Part shown: one piece after another, positions 9,440-18,991 of the stretch | How positions within the stretch are numbered: the stretch's first letter is position 1 | Layout: each line of letters starts with the position of its first letter | Source of the DNA: an uncultured Chloroflexia bacterium | Lineage (GTDB): Bacteria; Chloroflexota; UBA6077; JACCZL01 | Direction: 5' to 3' | Assembly (NCBI GenBank): GCA_963765765.1 | Contig: CAVXYC010000007.1 | Coordinates: 96,001 to 160,000, forward strand | DNA length: 64,000 bases | Position numbers and translations under genes: made by a program | The notes under the pieces: model-generated | What the model saw: only the letters and a program-made list of their open reading frames with translations | Database searches by the model: none | Told to the model about the DNA's origin: nothing

Positions 9440-11734
9440 ATGACTGAGCACATCTCTCCTTCCGTTCTTACTCCGGATGCGGCGGAGCTCCTGGCGGTAC
9501 CGGAGCTCCGTGTGGAAGGCCGGCTCAAGGTGACCGGCGTGGCTCGCTACGTCAATGACGTACATATGCCGGGCATGCTCTGGGCGGACTTCCTGATGAG
9601 TCCGCACGCGCATGCGCGGATCGTTTCGATCGATACATCGAATGCATTGGCGGTACCCGGAATCGCGGCGATCATTACGGGCAAGGACATCGGTGCGCGC
9701 TACTTTGGACGAGCCCTGTTCGACTGGCCGGTACTCGCGATCGACCGGGTGCGCTACGTGGGCGAGCGCCTGGCGGCCGTAGCCGGCGAGACTCAGGAAG
9801 CTGTCGAGGAAGCGCTGCGGTTGATCGAGGTGGAGTACGAAGAGCTTCCCGCGGTCTTCGACGCTGAGGAGGCGCTCAAACCCGATGCGCCGATTCTGCA
9901 CCCCGACTTCAGCAGCTATCACACCACCGCGCGGGCAGCGGGTGAGCCATCGCCTCACCCCAACGCCATCGGCTATTCATTGAAGATCAAGGGCGACGCG
10001 GATATCGACGCGCTCTTCGCCAGTGCGCACCTGGTGGTTGAAGACGTGTACGAGGGCCCGCGCCAGCACCAGGGCTACATCGAGCCGCATGGAACCGTGG
10101 TCTGGTACGACGAATCGGGCCGACTCCAGGTCATCACCACCAACAAGACGCCCTTCCCACTGCGCGACATCATGTCGCACACGCTCGAAACGCCCACGGA
10201 CCAGATCGTTGTTGATGCGCGCTTCATTGGCGGCGATTTTGGCGGCAAGGGCAACTCCATCGAGGAGTTCGCCTGCGCCTACCTGGCTAAGAAGACCGGG
10301 CGGCCCATGAAAGCGGTCATGACCTACACCGACGAGCTGGGCTCGATGGGCCCACAACACGCGGCGCGCTATTACCTGAAAACGGCCGTGGACAAAGATG
10401 GCAAGATCATTGCCCACGAGACGCGCGCGTACCAGAACAACGGTGCGTACGGCGGCGGCCGACCCAATATCCAGAACGCCTCCAGCGGCTTCGCCAGCCT
10501 GGACGTCTATCAGGTGCCCAATGCGCGGCTCGAGTCGTACGTGACATACACCAACCTGGTGCCAGCTGGGAACATGCGCGCGCCCGGGGCGTTCCATCGC
10601 GGCCAGGCGGGCGAGGTGCACATGGACCACCTGGCCCGCGAGCTGGGCATGGACCCGATCGAGTTTCGCCTGCGCAATTGCCTGCGCGAGGGCGATACAA
10701 CCGTGGCCGGCGGCCACGTGAGCCGGCCTAGAGCGGTGGAAGTCCTCGAGAAGCTGCGCGATGAGACGAGCTGGGGCCAGCGACCCAAACGCCCCAATGT
10801 CGGTCGCGGCATAGCGCTGCGGGATCGCCATGTGGGCATGGGTCGCGGCGAGGTGCTCTATCGCCTGCAGCCGGACGGGACCATCGAGGCGCTCGTCGGC
10901 ACCGCCGATCAGGGCGGCGGCGCGCATACCGTTGTGCAGCGCGTCTCGGCCGCGGCTCTTTCGGTCAATCCGTCGCGTATCCGTGTGCGCTACGGCACCA
11001 CTGAAGAGGCGCTGTGGGACTCCGGCGCTGGGGGTAGCCGAGCGACCACGATGGTTGGCCGCGCCTCGCTGGAGGGCGGGACGATCCTCAAGGAGAAGCT
11101 GCAGGAGCTAGCCGCGGAGGCCATGGGCTGGCCGTCCGGCCAGGTGCGCCTCGAGCATGACCAGTTTGTCGTCGGCGACGGGGCTGAGCACGCCTCGTTC
11201 GAGCAGGTCGTCGCACGGATTGCCGCTTCAGGGCCACAGGTCGAGGCCGTCGGCGCCTACGACCCCGCGAAAGACAACCACGAAGACGTCGGTGACATGA
11301 ACTTCTACGCCTACATGGCGGAAGTAGAAGTGGATCCGGAGACGGGGGCAGTCACGCCGCTCGAGATCGTCGCGGTGATCGACACGGGCACGATCATCAA
11401 CCCTATTGCCCATCAGGGTCAGGTGGACGGTGGCTTCATCTATGGCTGGGGGCAGGCTGTGACCGAAGAGCTCATCCACGACAACGGCACCATGACAACC
11501 CTGAGCCTTGCCGAGTACAAGCTGCCCACCATGGCCGACGTGCCGCCGTTCCGAACCATTCGCCTGGATCCCGACCCCGGCCCCGGCGCCTTCGGCGCCA
11601 AAGCCGCCGGCGAGATCACCAACACCGCCGTAGGCGGGGCCATCGCCAATGCAATCTACGACGCAACCGGCGTCCGCATGCTGGAGAGCCCGATCACGTC
11701 GGAGCGGGTGCTGGCGGCGCTGAAGAAGGCGTAG
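9440..11734 (+). CDS. Xanthine dehydrogenase family molybdopterin-binding large subunit
   Basis: KVTGVARY, SPHAHARI, QGYIEP, GGDFGGKG, MRAPG, GQVDGG, FGAKAAGE motifs. Confidence 0.92.
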   Translation: MTEHISPSVLTPDAAELLAVPELRVEGRLKVTGVARYVNDVHMPGMLWADFLMSPHAHARIVSIDTSNALAVPGIAAIITGKDIGARYFGRALFDWPVLAIDRVRYVGERLAAVAGETQEAVEEALRLIEVEYEELPAVFDAEEALKPDAPILHPDFSSYHTTARAAGEPSPHPNAIGYSLKIKGDADIDALFASAHLVVEDVYEGPRQHQGYIEPHGTVVWYDESGRLQVITTNKTPFPLRDIMSHTLETPTDQIVVDARFIGGDFGGKGNSIEEFACAYLAKKTGRPMKAVMTYTDELGSMGPQHAARYYLKTAVDKDGKIIAHETRAYQNNGAYGGGRPNIQNASSGFASLDVYQVPNARLESYVTYTNLVPAGNMRAPGAFHRGQAGEVHMDHLARELGMDPIEFRLRNCLREGDTTVAGGHVSRPRAVEVLEKLRDETSWGQRPKRPNVGRGIALRDRHVGMGRGEVLYRLQPDGTIEALVGTADQGGGAHTVVQRVSAAALSVNPSRIRVRYGTTEEALWDSGAGGSRATTMVGRASLEGGTILKEKLQELAAEAMGWPSGQVRLEHDQFVVGDGAEHASFEQVVARIAASGPQVEAVGAYDPAKDNHEDVGDMNFYAYMAEVEVDPETGAVTPLEIVAVIDTGTIINPIAHQGQVDGGFIYGWGQAVTEELIHDNGTMTTLSLAEYKLPTMADVPPFRTIRLDPDPGPGAFGAKAAGEITNTAVGGAIANAIYDATGVRMLESPITSERVLAALKKA

Positions 11735-11750
11735 ACGAACGAGAGACGTT

Positions 11751-11844
11751 CGTAGGGGCGTCCCTTCACGGGCGCCCGCCGAGATTTATGGTTGCATTCG
11801 GGTAAGAGGACCTCGGCGGGCGCCCGTGAAGGGATGCCCCTACG
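11751..11844. repeat. GTAG-type REP doublet between convergent genes
   Basis: 33-bp arms CGTAGGGGCGTCCCTTCACGGGCGCCCGCCGAG (11751-11783) and its near-perfect reverse complement (11812-11844), 1 mismatch. Confidence 0.8.
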
Positions 11845-11866
11845 GAATACTCGCTGCTGCGGTCCG

Positions 11867-13843
11867 CTACCAGATTCGCACGCGGTCCTCGGGATCCAGC
11901 CATAGACCGTCTTCCGGTACGGTGCCGTAGGCCGTGTGATATTCGTCCAGATTACGCACCACGTTTGCCCTGAACTCGGCGGGGGAGTGCGGGTCGGTGG
12001 TAAGGAACTGCAGGGCAAGCTCATCGCGAGGCTTCAGACGCCAGCACAGGGCCCAGTTCGTTAGGAGCCGCTGCACTCCTGTGAGTCCGTCGAGAACAGG
12101 CGGCTCCTGGCCATCCAGACTGATGAGGTACGCCTGTAGGGCAACCTGCAGCCCACCCAGGTCGCCAATGTTCTCGCCGACGGTCAGGCTGCCGTTGACC
12201 CGCTTGTCGGGGAGTCCGCGCGGGGCAAAGCCGTCGTACTGTTTGATCAGACGATCGGCTCGCTGCTGGAATTGCGCGCGATCCTCATCCGTCCACCAGT
12301 CGACCATGTTGCCGTCGCCATCGTAGAGGGAGCCTTGATCGTCAAACCCGTGGCCGATCTCATGCCCGATGATCGCCCCGATTCCCCCGTAGTTCAGCGC
12401 CGGATCGGCCTTCGGGTCGAAGAACGGGGGCTGCAGAATCGCCGCCGGGAAGCAGATCTCGTTCATGCCCGGGTTGTAATACGCGTTGATCGTCTGCGGA
12501 CTCATGAGCCACTCATCGGGATCGATCGGTTTACCGAGCTTCGCGAATTGCCGATCGGTCTCAAAAGCATTGAGCCGCGTCACGTTGCCGAGCAGATCGT
12601 CGGGGCGAACCTCCACGCTGGAGTAATCTCGCCATCGCGTCGGGTAACCCACTTTCGAGCGGAACTTCGCCAGTTTCGCCAGCGCTCGCGCGCGGGTCTC
12701 GGGTCCCATCCAGTCGAGGCGCTCGATGTCGCGCCGGTAGGCTTCCTCCAGGTTGGCAACGAGATCGTCTATGAGCGCTTTCGACTCAGGCGGGAAATGG
12801 CGGGCTACGTATGCCTCACCGACTGCTTCAGGAAGCAGCTCATTCACCAGACCGACACCGCGCTTCCAGCGCACCTTCAGTTCCGCTGTGCCCGTGAGCG
12901 TTCGACCGTAGAAGGCAAAATGCTCGTCAACGAAGGCCGAGCTCAGGTAAGAAGCCACACTGCTCAACAGGTGGAACCTCAGCCAGTCTCGTAGATCGGC
13001 AAGACTCACGTCATCCAGGGTTGAGGACAGAGTCGATAGGTAATTGGGCTGTCGCACGATCGTTTCAGCAAGCGCCGATTCATCCAGCCCTCGCCCGCGT
13101 AGCCAGCGCGTGAAGTCGAAGGACGGCCCCTGGGCGCGCAGGCCCTGGATCGTCATGAGGTTGTAGGTCTTGATCCGATCGCGTGCTTCGGTGCGCGTCC
13201 AGTGGCCCTCAGCCAACCGGGTCTCTAGTTGCATGACACGGTCGGCGGCATCGCTGGCGACGCTGGCCTCGTCGCCCAGGAGTCGAAACGAAGCTGCCAG
13301 GTGCCCGCGATACGCATCGCGTATGGGACCAAACGCCTCCTCTCTGTAGAAGGACTCGTCCGGTAGTCCCAGACCGCCTTGCTGGAGGTTGACGATGTAG
13401 CGCTCGGCGTTCCGATCGTCGTTGTCCACGTAGCTCGCGAAGATGCCGCCCGCTCCGCGGCGCTCCAGCCGCCCGAGCACCTCGGCGAAGTCTCCGACGG
13501 ATTCAATAGAGGCGATCAGGGCGAGAGCCTCAGTCAGCGGCGAGAGTCCTCTCGCCTCCACGGCCGCCTCGTCCATGAACGAAGTGAATAGGTCGCCAAT
13601 CTGCTGCATCGGTGATCCGGTCAGTGCCTGCCCGCCGCGGACGGCAGCCGCCGCGTCGCGCAGAATCTCCGCCACTTGTCTCTCGGCTTCCAACATCAGC
13701 GTGACGAATCCACCCGCCACCGGCAGATCGGCCGGGATCTCAACCGTCTCGTACCAACCGCCGTTCACGTGTCCAAAGAGGTCGTCCTGAGGGCGGATCT
13801 CGGGGGTGCTGCCGTCGAGAGTAACAGCTCCAACGGGCGTCAT
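11867..13843 (-). CDS. pepO: M13 family zinc metalloendopeptidase (PepO/neprilysin-like)
   Basis: NAYY, HEIGHGFDDQG, GENIGD and DPHSP motifs; GGAGG RBS. Confidence 0.93.
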   Translation of the reverse strand: MTPVGAVTLDGSTPEIRPQDDLFGHVNGGWYETVEIPADLPVAGGFVTLMLEAERQVAEILRDAAAAVRGGQALTGSPMQQIGDLFTSFMDEAAVEARGLSPLTEALALIASIESVGDFAEVLGRLERRGAGGIFASYVDNDDRNAERYIVNLQQGGLGLPDESFYREEAFGPIRDAYRGHLAASFRLLGDEASVASDAADRVMQLETRLAEGHWTRTEARDRIKTYNLMTIQGLRAQGPSFDFTRWLRGRGLDESALAETIVRQPNYLSTLSSTLDDVSLADLRDWLRFHLLSSVASYLSSAFVDEHFAFYGRTLTGTAELKVRWKRGVGLVNELLPEAVGEAYVARHFPPESKALIDDLVANLEEAYRRDIERLDWMGPETRARALAKLAKFRSKVGYPTRWRDYSSVEVRPDDLLGNVTRLNAFETDRQFAKLGKPIDPDEWLMSPQTINAYYNPGMNEICFPAAILQPPFFDPKADPALNYGGIGAIIGHEIGHGFDDQGSLYDGDGNMVDWWTDEDRAQFQQRADRLIKQYDGFAPRGLPDKRVNGSLTVGENIGDLGGLQVALQAYLISLDGQEPPVLDGLTGVQRLLTNWALCWRLKPRDELALQFLTTDPHSPAEFRANVVRNLDEYHTAYGTVPEDGLWLDPEDRVRIW

Positions 13844-14018
13844 GTTTCCTCCGTTTATTGCATTGCTGGTGGCCTCAGGATATCAGCGGAGTCGGGGCGC
13901 GCTGAGGAAAATGGGTCGTCCACATCCAGGCGCTTGGAGCTCGGCCGGTCTGAGTTGGCCACTTGGAACAGTCGTAAATTCGCCTTCCAGGCACATTGGT
14001 CCGCTCGCGTCGTGCGCT

Positions 14019-15528
14019 GGGTGTAACCAAGAGTTGTGGGTTTGGGGGCCTAGGCGGCCCGGGCATGGAGCGTGGCGTGGTGGGCCCGGAGTACGGCCAG
14101 CGATTGGCCTCCGGCGCTGGACCAGCGACAGCCCGGCCGTTTCATCCGCTGCTGGACGAGGTGTTTGGCGGCCGATTCCACCGCGCCCGACCCGATGGGC
14201 AGCCCCTGAGCTCGAAACTCCGGATACCGCATCCGCTGGCGATTGCTCTGGAAGTACCCGCGCTCCGTGGCCACCACCCGGCGCGCCTCGGCCGTCGGCG
14301 GCACGAGCTCCCGCAGGCGCGCCAGCACCGCTGCAGCCCCGTGCGCTCCACAGCCCGGCGAGGCTCACCGCGACCCAGTCCGCGGCCGCGGCGGTGCCCG
14401 CGCCGAAGACCGCCCGGGCCACGGTCCAGACATGCTCGCTGGCGTGGTACCAATCGACAATCTCCAGACGCTCGCCGAACTGCTCCGCAGCCGCCGTCCA
14501 GATCCAGCGCGCGCCGTCGCCTAGCACGACAACCGCCCGCAACCTCGCCAGCCCGGGCCCGGTGACCGGGCCATCGACGCCGAGGATGTCCAGGCCGCCC
14601 CGCCGCGCCACTTCGGCGCCCCAGCGCCCGGCGAACGGCCCCACCGGCTCGCGGGCCGCCACGTAACTCGGGGCCTCCAAGCGCTGCCGTTCCGGGGGCG
14701 CAGCCGGATCCCAGCCGCCGACCACGCCGAGTTTGACTTCGTGCCAGCCATCGTTGAAGCGCACCAGCACGCCATCGGTTTCAGCGACCAGCTGGTGCGG
14801 GGCGGCGTCCACCGGCCCGGCCGGGGCCCGCGTCCGTTCGACGGTGGCGCGGTCGGCCTGCTGAGCCTGATCGAGCGCGGCCCCGGCGGCCTCGGTCTGG
14901 GTGCGCACCGTCTCGGGACTCACGGCCAGGCCGGTCAGGTCCTCGAGCAGGTCGGCGGCCTCGGCAAACGCCGTGGCGCCCCCCAGCCGGACCAGCCAGG
15001 CGCGCAGCGGGCCGCTCAGGCGCTGGTGCGGCGCGAGGCCCAGCGTGCGGTCGGTCGGGCTCCAGCCGTGGCGGCAGGTCGGGCAGTGCGCCCACGGGCG
15101 CGACCAGCGGACCGGGCCGCAGACCGTGACCACCTGGCGGGAACGCCAGCTGTGCGTGGGCGCGGTCGTGCCGCACTCCGGACAACGGGACCGGTCGCGC
15201 TGGAGCCCGGGATCCAGACTGCGCTGGGTAGCCGCGATCATCCCGGCGACCAGCGTCGGGGCCACGGTGCGCAGCTCGGTCTGGACCTGGCGCTCGAGAT
15301 CCGTCAGAGAGGCATCGCGGTGGGCGCGCGCCCAAGCCGCCAAGCGGTGGGCACAGGCGGCGAGCGGTGCGACAATCGTCTCGGGAAGGTTCTCCGCGTC
15401 CATGCGACCTTCCTCGCGGCCGGGGCGTCTCACTGCCCCGGCCGCCTCGGCATGAGAATCCGCGTTCGCAGCGTAACCCATCCGCTCCGGTCTCACCACC
15501 CGCTCTTCAACAACTTTTGGTTACACCC
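14019..15528 (-). mobile_element. Complete ~1.5-kb insertion sequence, ISKra4/ISLre2-like (IS256-related DDE)
   Basis: 19-bp TIRs GGGTGTAACCAA(G/A)AGTTGT at 14019-14037 and 15510-15528; 9-bp direct repeat TCGTGCGCT at 14010-14018 and 15529-15537; visibly higher GC than the flanks. Confidence 0.92.
14050..15403 (-). CDS. ISKra4-like transposase, one frameshift near 14348
   Basis: CPECG/CPTC Zn-finger; ETDG, GDGARWIW, VDWYHA; C-terminal IGSGAVESAAKHLVQQRMKRPGCRWS in ORF 14050..14328. Confidence 0.9.
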
Positions 15529-15674
15529 TCGTGCGCTGGCGCCCTTCTCAACCCGAAGATTCGGCGCTACAATGCCGAACCTGACATCCTGGGTGTACAA
15601 CGTTGCCGCCGACGTCTTGGGCGGCTCTCCAGCATTCGTTCAAGCGTGGGGGTCCGACGCGGAGGAGTTGAGCT

Positions 15675-16895
15675 ATGGCAGGGCGATTCAGGGAATTCGT
15701 CCCTGGGGGTTGGTGGCGACGACTGACTCGAGCGATGGTGATGACAACGGTTGCGGTGCTGATCGCTGGCTGCTCCAGTCCGGCAGTGTCACCCACCGCA
15801 CAGCCGGCCAAACCCACCTCACCACCGGCCGCTGCACCAGCAGGAAGTCCCGCGGCGGCGGCCAGCCCAGGCGCAGCAGCCGCTCCCGCGGCCAGTCCGG
15901 CCGCTTCGTCTGCGGCGGCCGCTCAACCCTCGTCCAACGTGGCCGCGGCGCTGGCTGCACCCAAGCCTTCGGATCGTAAGAGCATCATCTATGGCGCCAC
16001 GGGGCTGAGCTGGAACCTGGTTCCAGAGCTGGTAGCCCAGGAGAAGGGCTTCTTCGAGTCCGAGAACCTGGCCGTGGAAACGGTCATGGCCGGCGCCTCG
16101 GCATCAGTCTGTCAACAGCTTCTTGCTCGCGCCATCCAGATCGGCGGCTGTTCGCTCAACGACATGATGCAGGCGGTTGAGGCCAGCGGCGCGCCGCTGA
16201 TCATGGTGATGAACGAGACGATCACCGCGCTGCAGTACTCGCTCATGACCAAGTCCAACATCAAGACCTGGGCGGACTTGAAGGGCAAGTCCATCATCGT
16301 GGGCGGCCCGAAGGACAACACGGTCTTCTACATTCGAGCCATGGCCCGCGCGAACGGCCTGCAGGACAATGAGTATGACTTCCAGTTCGCGGGGACCAGC
16401 GGCCAGCGGCTGGCGGCACTGAAGTCCGGCGCGGTGGACGGTAGCATCCTGACCGATCCGTTCGATACTCAGGCCGAAGCTGATGGGTTCAACAAGCTCG
16501 ACGTTCTCCTGCCGAAGTATGTGACCCCTGAGAACTACGCCGGCGGTGGACCGATCATCGTTCGCGATTGGGGTCGAGACCACCAGGATGAGGTGGGGCG
16601 TTTTATACGAGCGATCCTGAAGAGCGTCAACTGGATCAACAATCCAGCCAACAAGCTGGAGCTCTTCGGCATCGTCGGCCCCAAGTTGAACCTGGCCCAG
16701 GACGCCTTCGACCGTGTCTACGAGAAGACGCTGGTGAGCAGCAAGCAGTGGTCGTCGGATGGGCAGATCAGGGAATCGGCTGTCCAGGGCGTCATCCAGT
16801 CTCTGGTAGACCTCGGAAATCTGAACCCACCTGGGCCCACAGCCAGCAAGTTCTATGACGCTTCGTATCTCGAAGCAGCCCTACGTCCACGGTAG
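15675..16895 (+). CDS. NMT1/THI5/SsuA-type ABC substrate-binding lipoprotein
   Basis: Lipobox LIAGC, Pro/Ala linker, AQEKGFF, DLKGKSI, AALKSGAVD; GGAGGAG RBS. Confidence 0.88.
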   Translation: MAGRFREFVPGGWWRRLTRAMVMTTVAVLIAGCSSPAVSPTAQPAKPTSPPAAAPAGSPAAAASPGAAAAPAASPAASSAAAAQPSSNVAAALAAPKPSDRKSIIYGATGLSWNLVPELVAQEKGFFESENLAVETVMAGASASVCQQLLARAIQIGGCSLNDMMQAVEASGAPLIMVMNETITALQYSLMTKSNIKTWADLKGKSIIVGGPKDNTVFYIRAMARANGLQDNEYDFQFAGTSGQRLAALKSGAVDGSILTDPFDTQAEADGFNKLDVLLPKYVTPENYAGGGPIIVRDWGRDHQDEVGRFIRAILKSVNWINNPANKLELFGIVGPKLNLAQDAFDRVYEKTLVSSKQWSSDGQIRESAVQGVIQSLVDLGNLNPPGPTASKFYDASYLEAALRPR

Positions 16896-16905
16896 CGGAG
16901 GAAGC

Positions 16906-17700
16906 ATGATCGAGGAACATTCACACATTGGGGCAAAGACCTCTTGGGTGGATATCGGCAACGGAACCAGGGCATTCCTGGCGATCCCCGGCCGACTTCC
17001 GCCACCGTACAGCGCCGTGGTGTTGGGTCACGAGCGCTATGGCCTGGTGCAGCACACCCTGGACCTGGCGGCCAAGTTCGCCTCGTACGGCTTCGCCGCC
17101 GTGGCGCCGGACATGGCCTCACACTGGGATGGCGATAAGGAAGCGCTGAATCGCGGCGACGCGCGGCTGGAGCTGGACGACGGCCAGATCCGTCAATACA
17201 TGGGGGCTGGGTTCGACTACCTGAAGGCGCTGCCGGAAGTGGATGGCGCCTCGATCGCGGCGATGGGCGTGTGCCAGAGCGGCGCGTACCCGCACCTGCT
17301 GAACAGCGTGAAACCGGATGTGGCCGCGAACATCGTCTTCTACGGCGGCGTGGACCCGAGCGACGAGGTAGTTGAGGCCATTACCGCACCCACGTTGGCC
17401 GTGTTTGGCGAGGCCGATCACATCATCTCCATCCCCAAGATCTATGAGTTCCGAGCCAAGCTCGAAAAGTTCGAGAAGAATTACGAGATCAAGCTGTTTC
17501 CGTCCATGCCGCACGGCTGGCTGAACGACACCATGCCCGGTCGATATCGGCAGCGCCAGGCGGAAGAGGCCTGGGTGCTGATCATGGAGTTCATGTCGCG
17601 AGTTCTTGGCAACGGCTATCCCGAGGACCGCGTTCGCTGGAAAATGGGCGCCGAGTACTCCACCAGCTACGACTTCTCCAAAAACGTTCGGCTCGCTTGA
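16906..17700 (+). CDS. Dienelactone hydrolase family protein
   Basis: HERYGL, GVCQSG nucleophile elbow, GEAD and HGW. Confidence 0.88.
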   Translation: MIEEHSHIGAKTSWVDIGNGTRAFLAIPGRLPPPYSAVVLGHERYGLVQHTLDLAAKFASYGFAAVAPDMASHWDGDKEALNRGDARLELDDGQIRQYMGAGFDYLKALPEVDGASIAAMGVCQSGAYPHLLNSVKPDVAANIVFYGGVDPSDEVVEAITAPTLAVFGEADHIISIPKIYEFRAKLEKFEKNYEIKLFPSMPHGWLNDTMPGRYRQRQAEEAWVLIMEFMSRVLGNGYPEDRVRWKMGAEYSTSYDFSKNVRLA

Positions 17701-17727
17701 GCCAGATTCCAACCACGGAGGCACACA

Positions 17728-18699
17728 TTGGCTAACCTGCCATTCTGGACAACCGAGCTGAAGCCGGGCTATCCCCAGGTCACCACGAAGTGGGTCGAGA
17801 TCGGCGATGGGATCAAGGCGTACGTGGCGATCCCGACCGAGGGCACGGCGCCTTTCCCGGCGATGGTCCTGGGCCACGAGCGCTACGGCCTGGTGCTGGA
17901 CACGCTGGAGCAGACGGCGAAGTTCGCCGCTTACGGCTACGTGTGCATCGCGCCTGACATGGCCGCCCACTTTGAAGGCGACAAGGACGCGCTGGCCAAG
18001 GGCCACATTATGGGCGGCTGGAACGACGGCATCGTCCGAGAGTACATGACCCTGAGCTACGACTACCTGCTGACGATGCCCGAGGTTGACACCAACAAGA
18101 TCGCCGCCATCGGCCTGTGCGCCAGCGGGCACTGGCCATGGCTCCTGAATGCCGAGCGGCCCGACCTGGCGGCATGTATCTGCTACTACGGCGGCGGCCC
18201 GTATAACGAAGAGCTGATGGACAAGGTCACCGCGCCGACGCTCTACGTGTACGGCGAGAAGGACCACACCACGCCGATCTCGCGCGTGTTCAACTTCCGC
18301 GACGAGATGGAGCGACACCACAAGAGCTGCGAGATCCGCCTGGAACCGGACATGCATCACGGCTGGCTCAATGACACGATGGCCGGCCGCTATCGGCAGA
18401 AAGAAGCCCAGGAGGCGTGGGATCGGATCATCGAATTCATGGAGCGAGTCTTCGCCGGTTACTACTCGAACGACCGGGTGAAAATCCGATTCGAGGCGGA
18501 TTTCGCGAGGGACTACGACTTCAAGAAGCTGGTCCGTTGGGGTGAGCTGCCCTACCCTGAGCCCGACGTCGCCTCAATCAACACGCTCAAGGCGAAAGTG
18601 GCCAGTGGTGAGCTGCCGCCGTCCGAGATCGATCGGATGGAGACACTGTATTCGGAGTTTTTCGACGAGCATCCGCACCTCAAGCCGTCGAACGCGTAG
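17728..18699 (+). CDS. Dienelactone hydrolase family protein (tandem paralog with C-terminal extension)
   Basis: HERYGL, GLCASG, GEKD, HGWLNDTM; GGAGG RBS before the TTG start. Confidence 0.88.
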   Translation: MANLPFWTTELKPGYPQVTTKWVEIGDGIKAYVAIPTEGTAPFPAMVLGHERYGLVLDTLEQTAKFAAYGYVCIAPDMAAHFEGDKDALAKGHIMGGWNDGIVREYMTLSYDYLLTMPEVDTNKIAAIGLCASGHWPWLLNAERPDLAACICYYGGGPYNEELMDKVTAPTLYVYGEKDHTTPISRVFNFRDEMERHHKSCEIRLEPDMHHGWLNDTMAGRYRQKEAQEAWDRIIEFMERVFAGYYSNDRVKIRFEADFARDYDFKKLVRWGELPYPEPDVASINTLKAKVASGELPPSEIDRMETLYSEFFDEHPHLKPSNA

Positions 18700-18991
18700 C
18701 TTATCGCCCCACAGAGCCGCATCCCGAGGGCAAGCGTGCATTCGAACGGTTGGTTGGCGTCTCCGACCCCGATGTCCAGTGGATGGTTCGAGAGAATCTC
18801 AAGAAGGCACGCCTCCGGCGAATGGACGCAGCGTGGATTGAGCGGCTCACGGCCCAGGTTGCTCGAACGTCCGTAATTCCCTTCCCGTAGCTCAGTTCAG
18901 CACCCCGTGCAAAACTACATATTAGGTATGCATTGTGCTTCCTTTAGCGCTCACGCCAGATACCATCGAACGCAAACTCAAGGGGGGCAAC

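Noticed and set aside
9440-11734. Aerobic CO dehydrogenase CoxL
   Set aside because: The active-site loop is AGNMRAPG, not AYxCSFR (form I) or AYxGAGR (form II), and there is no coxMS
14330-14360. Programmed frameshift in the transposase
   Set aside because: No slippery heptamer; the indel matches the window-wide error pattern
14741-15979. Long antisense/alternative-frame ORFs (also 17119..18360, 9977..10927, 39408..40202, 62507..63382)
   Set aside because: Shadow ORFs of GC-rich genes on the opposite strand with no motifs of their own
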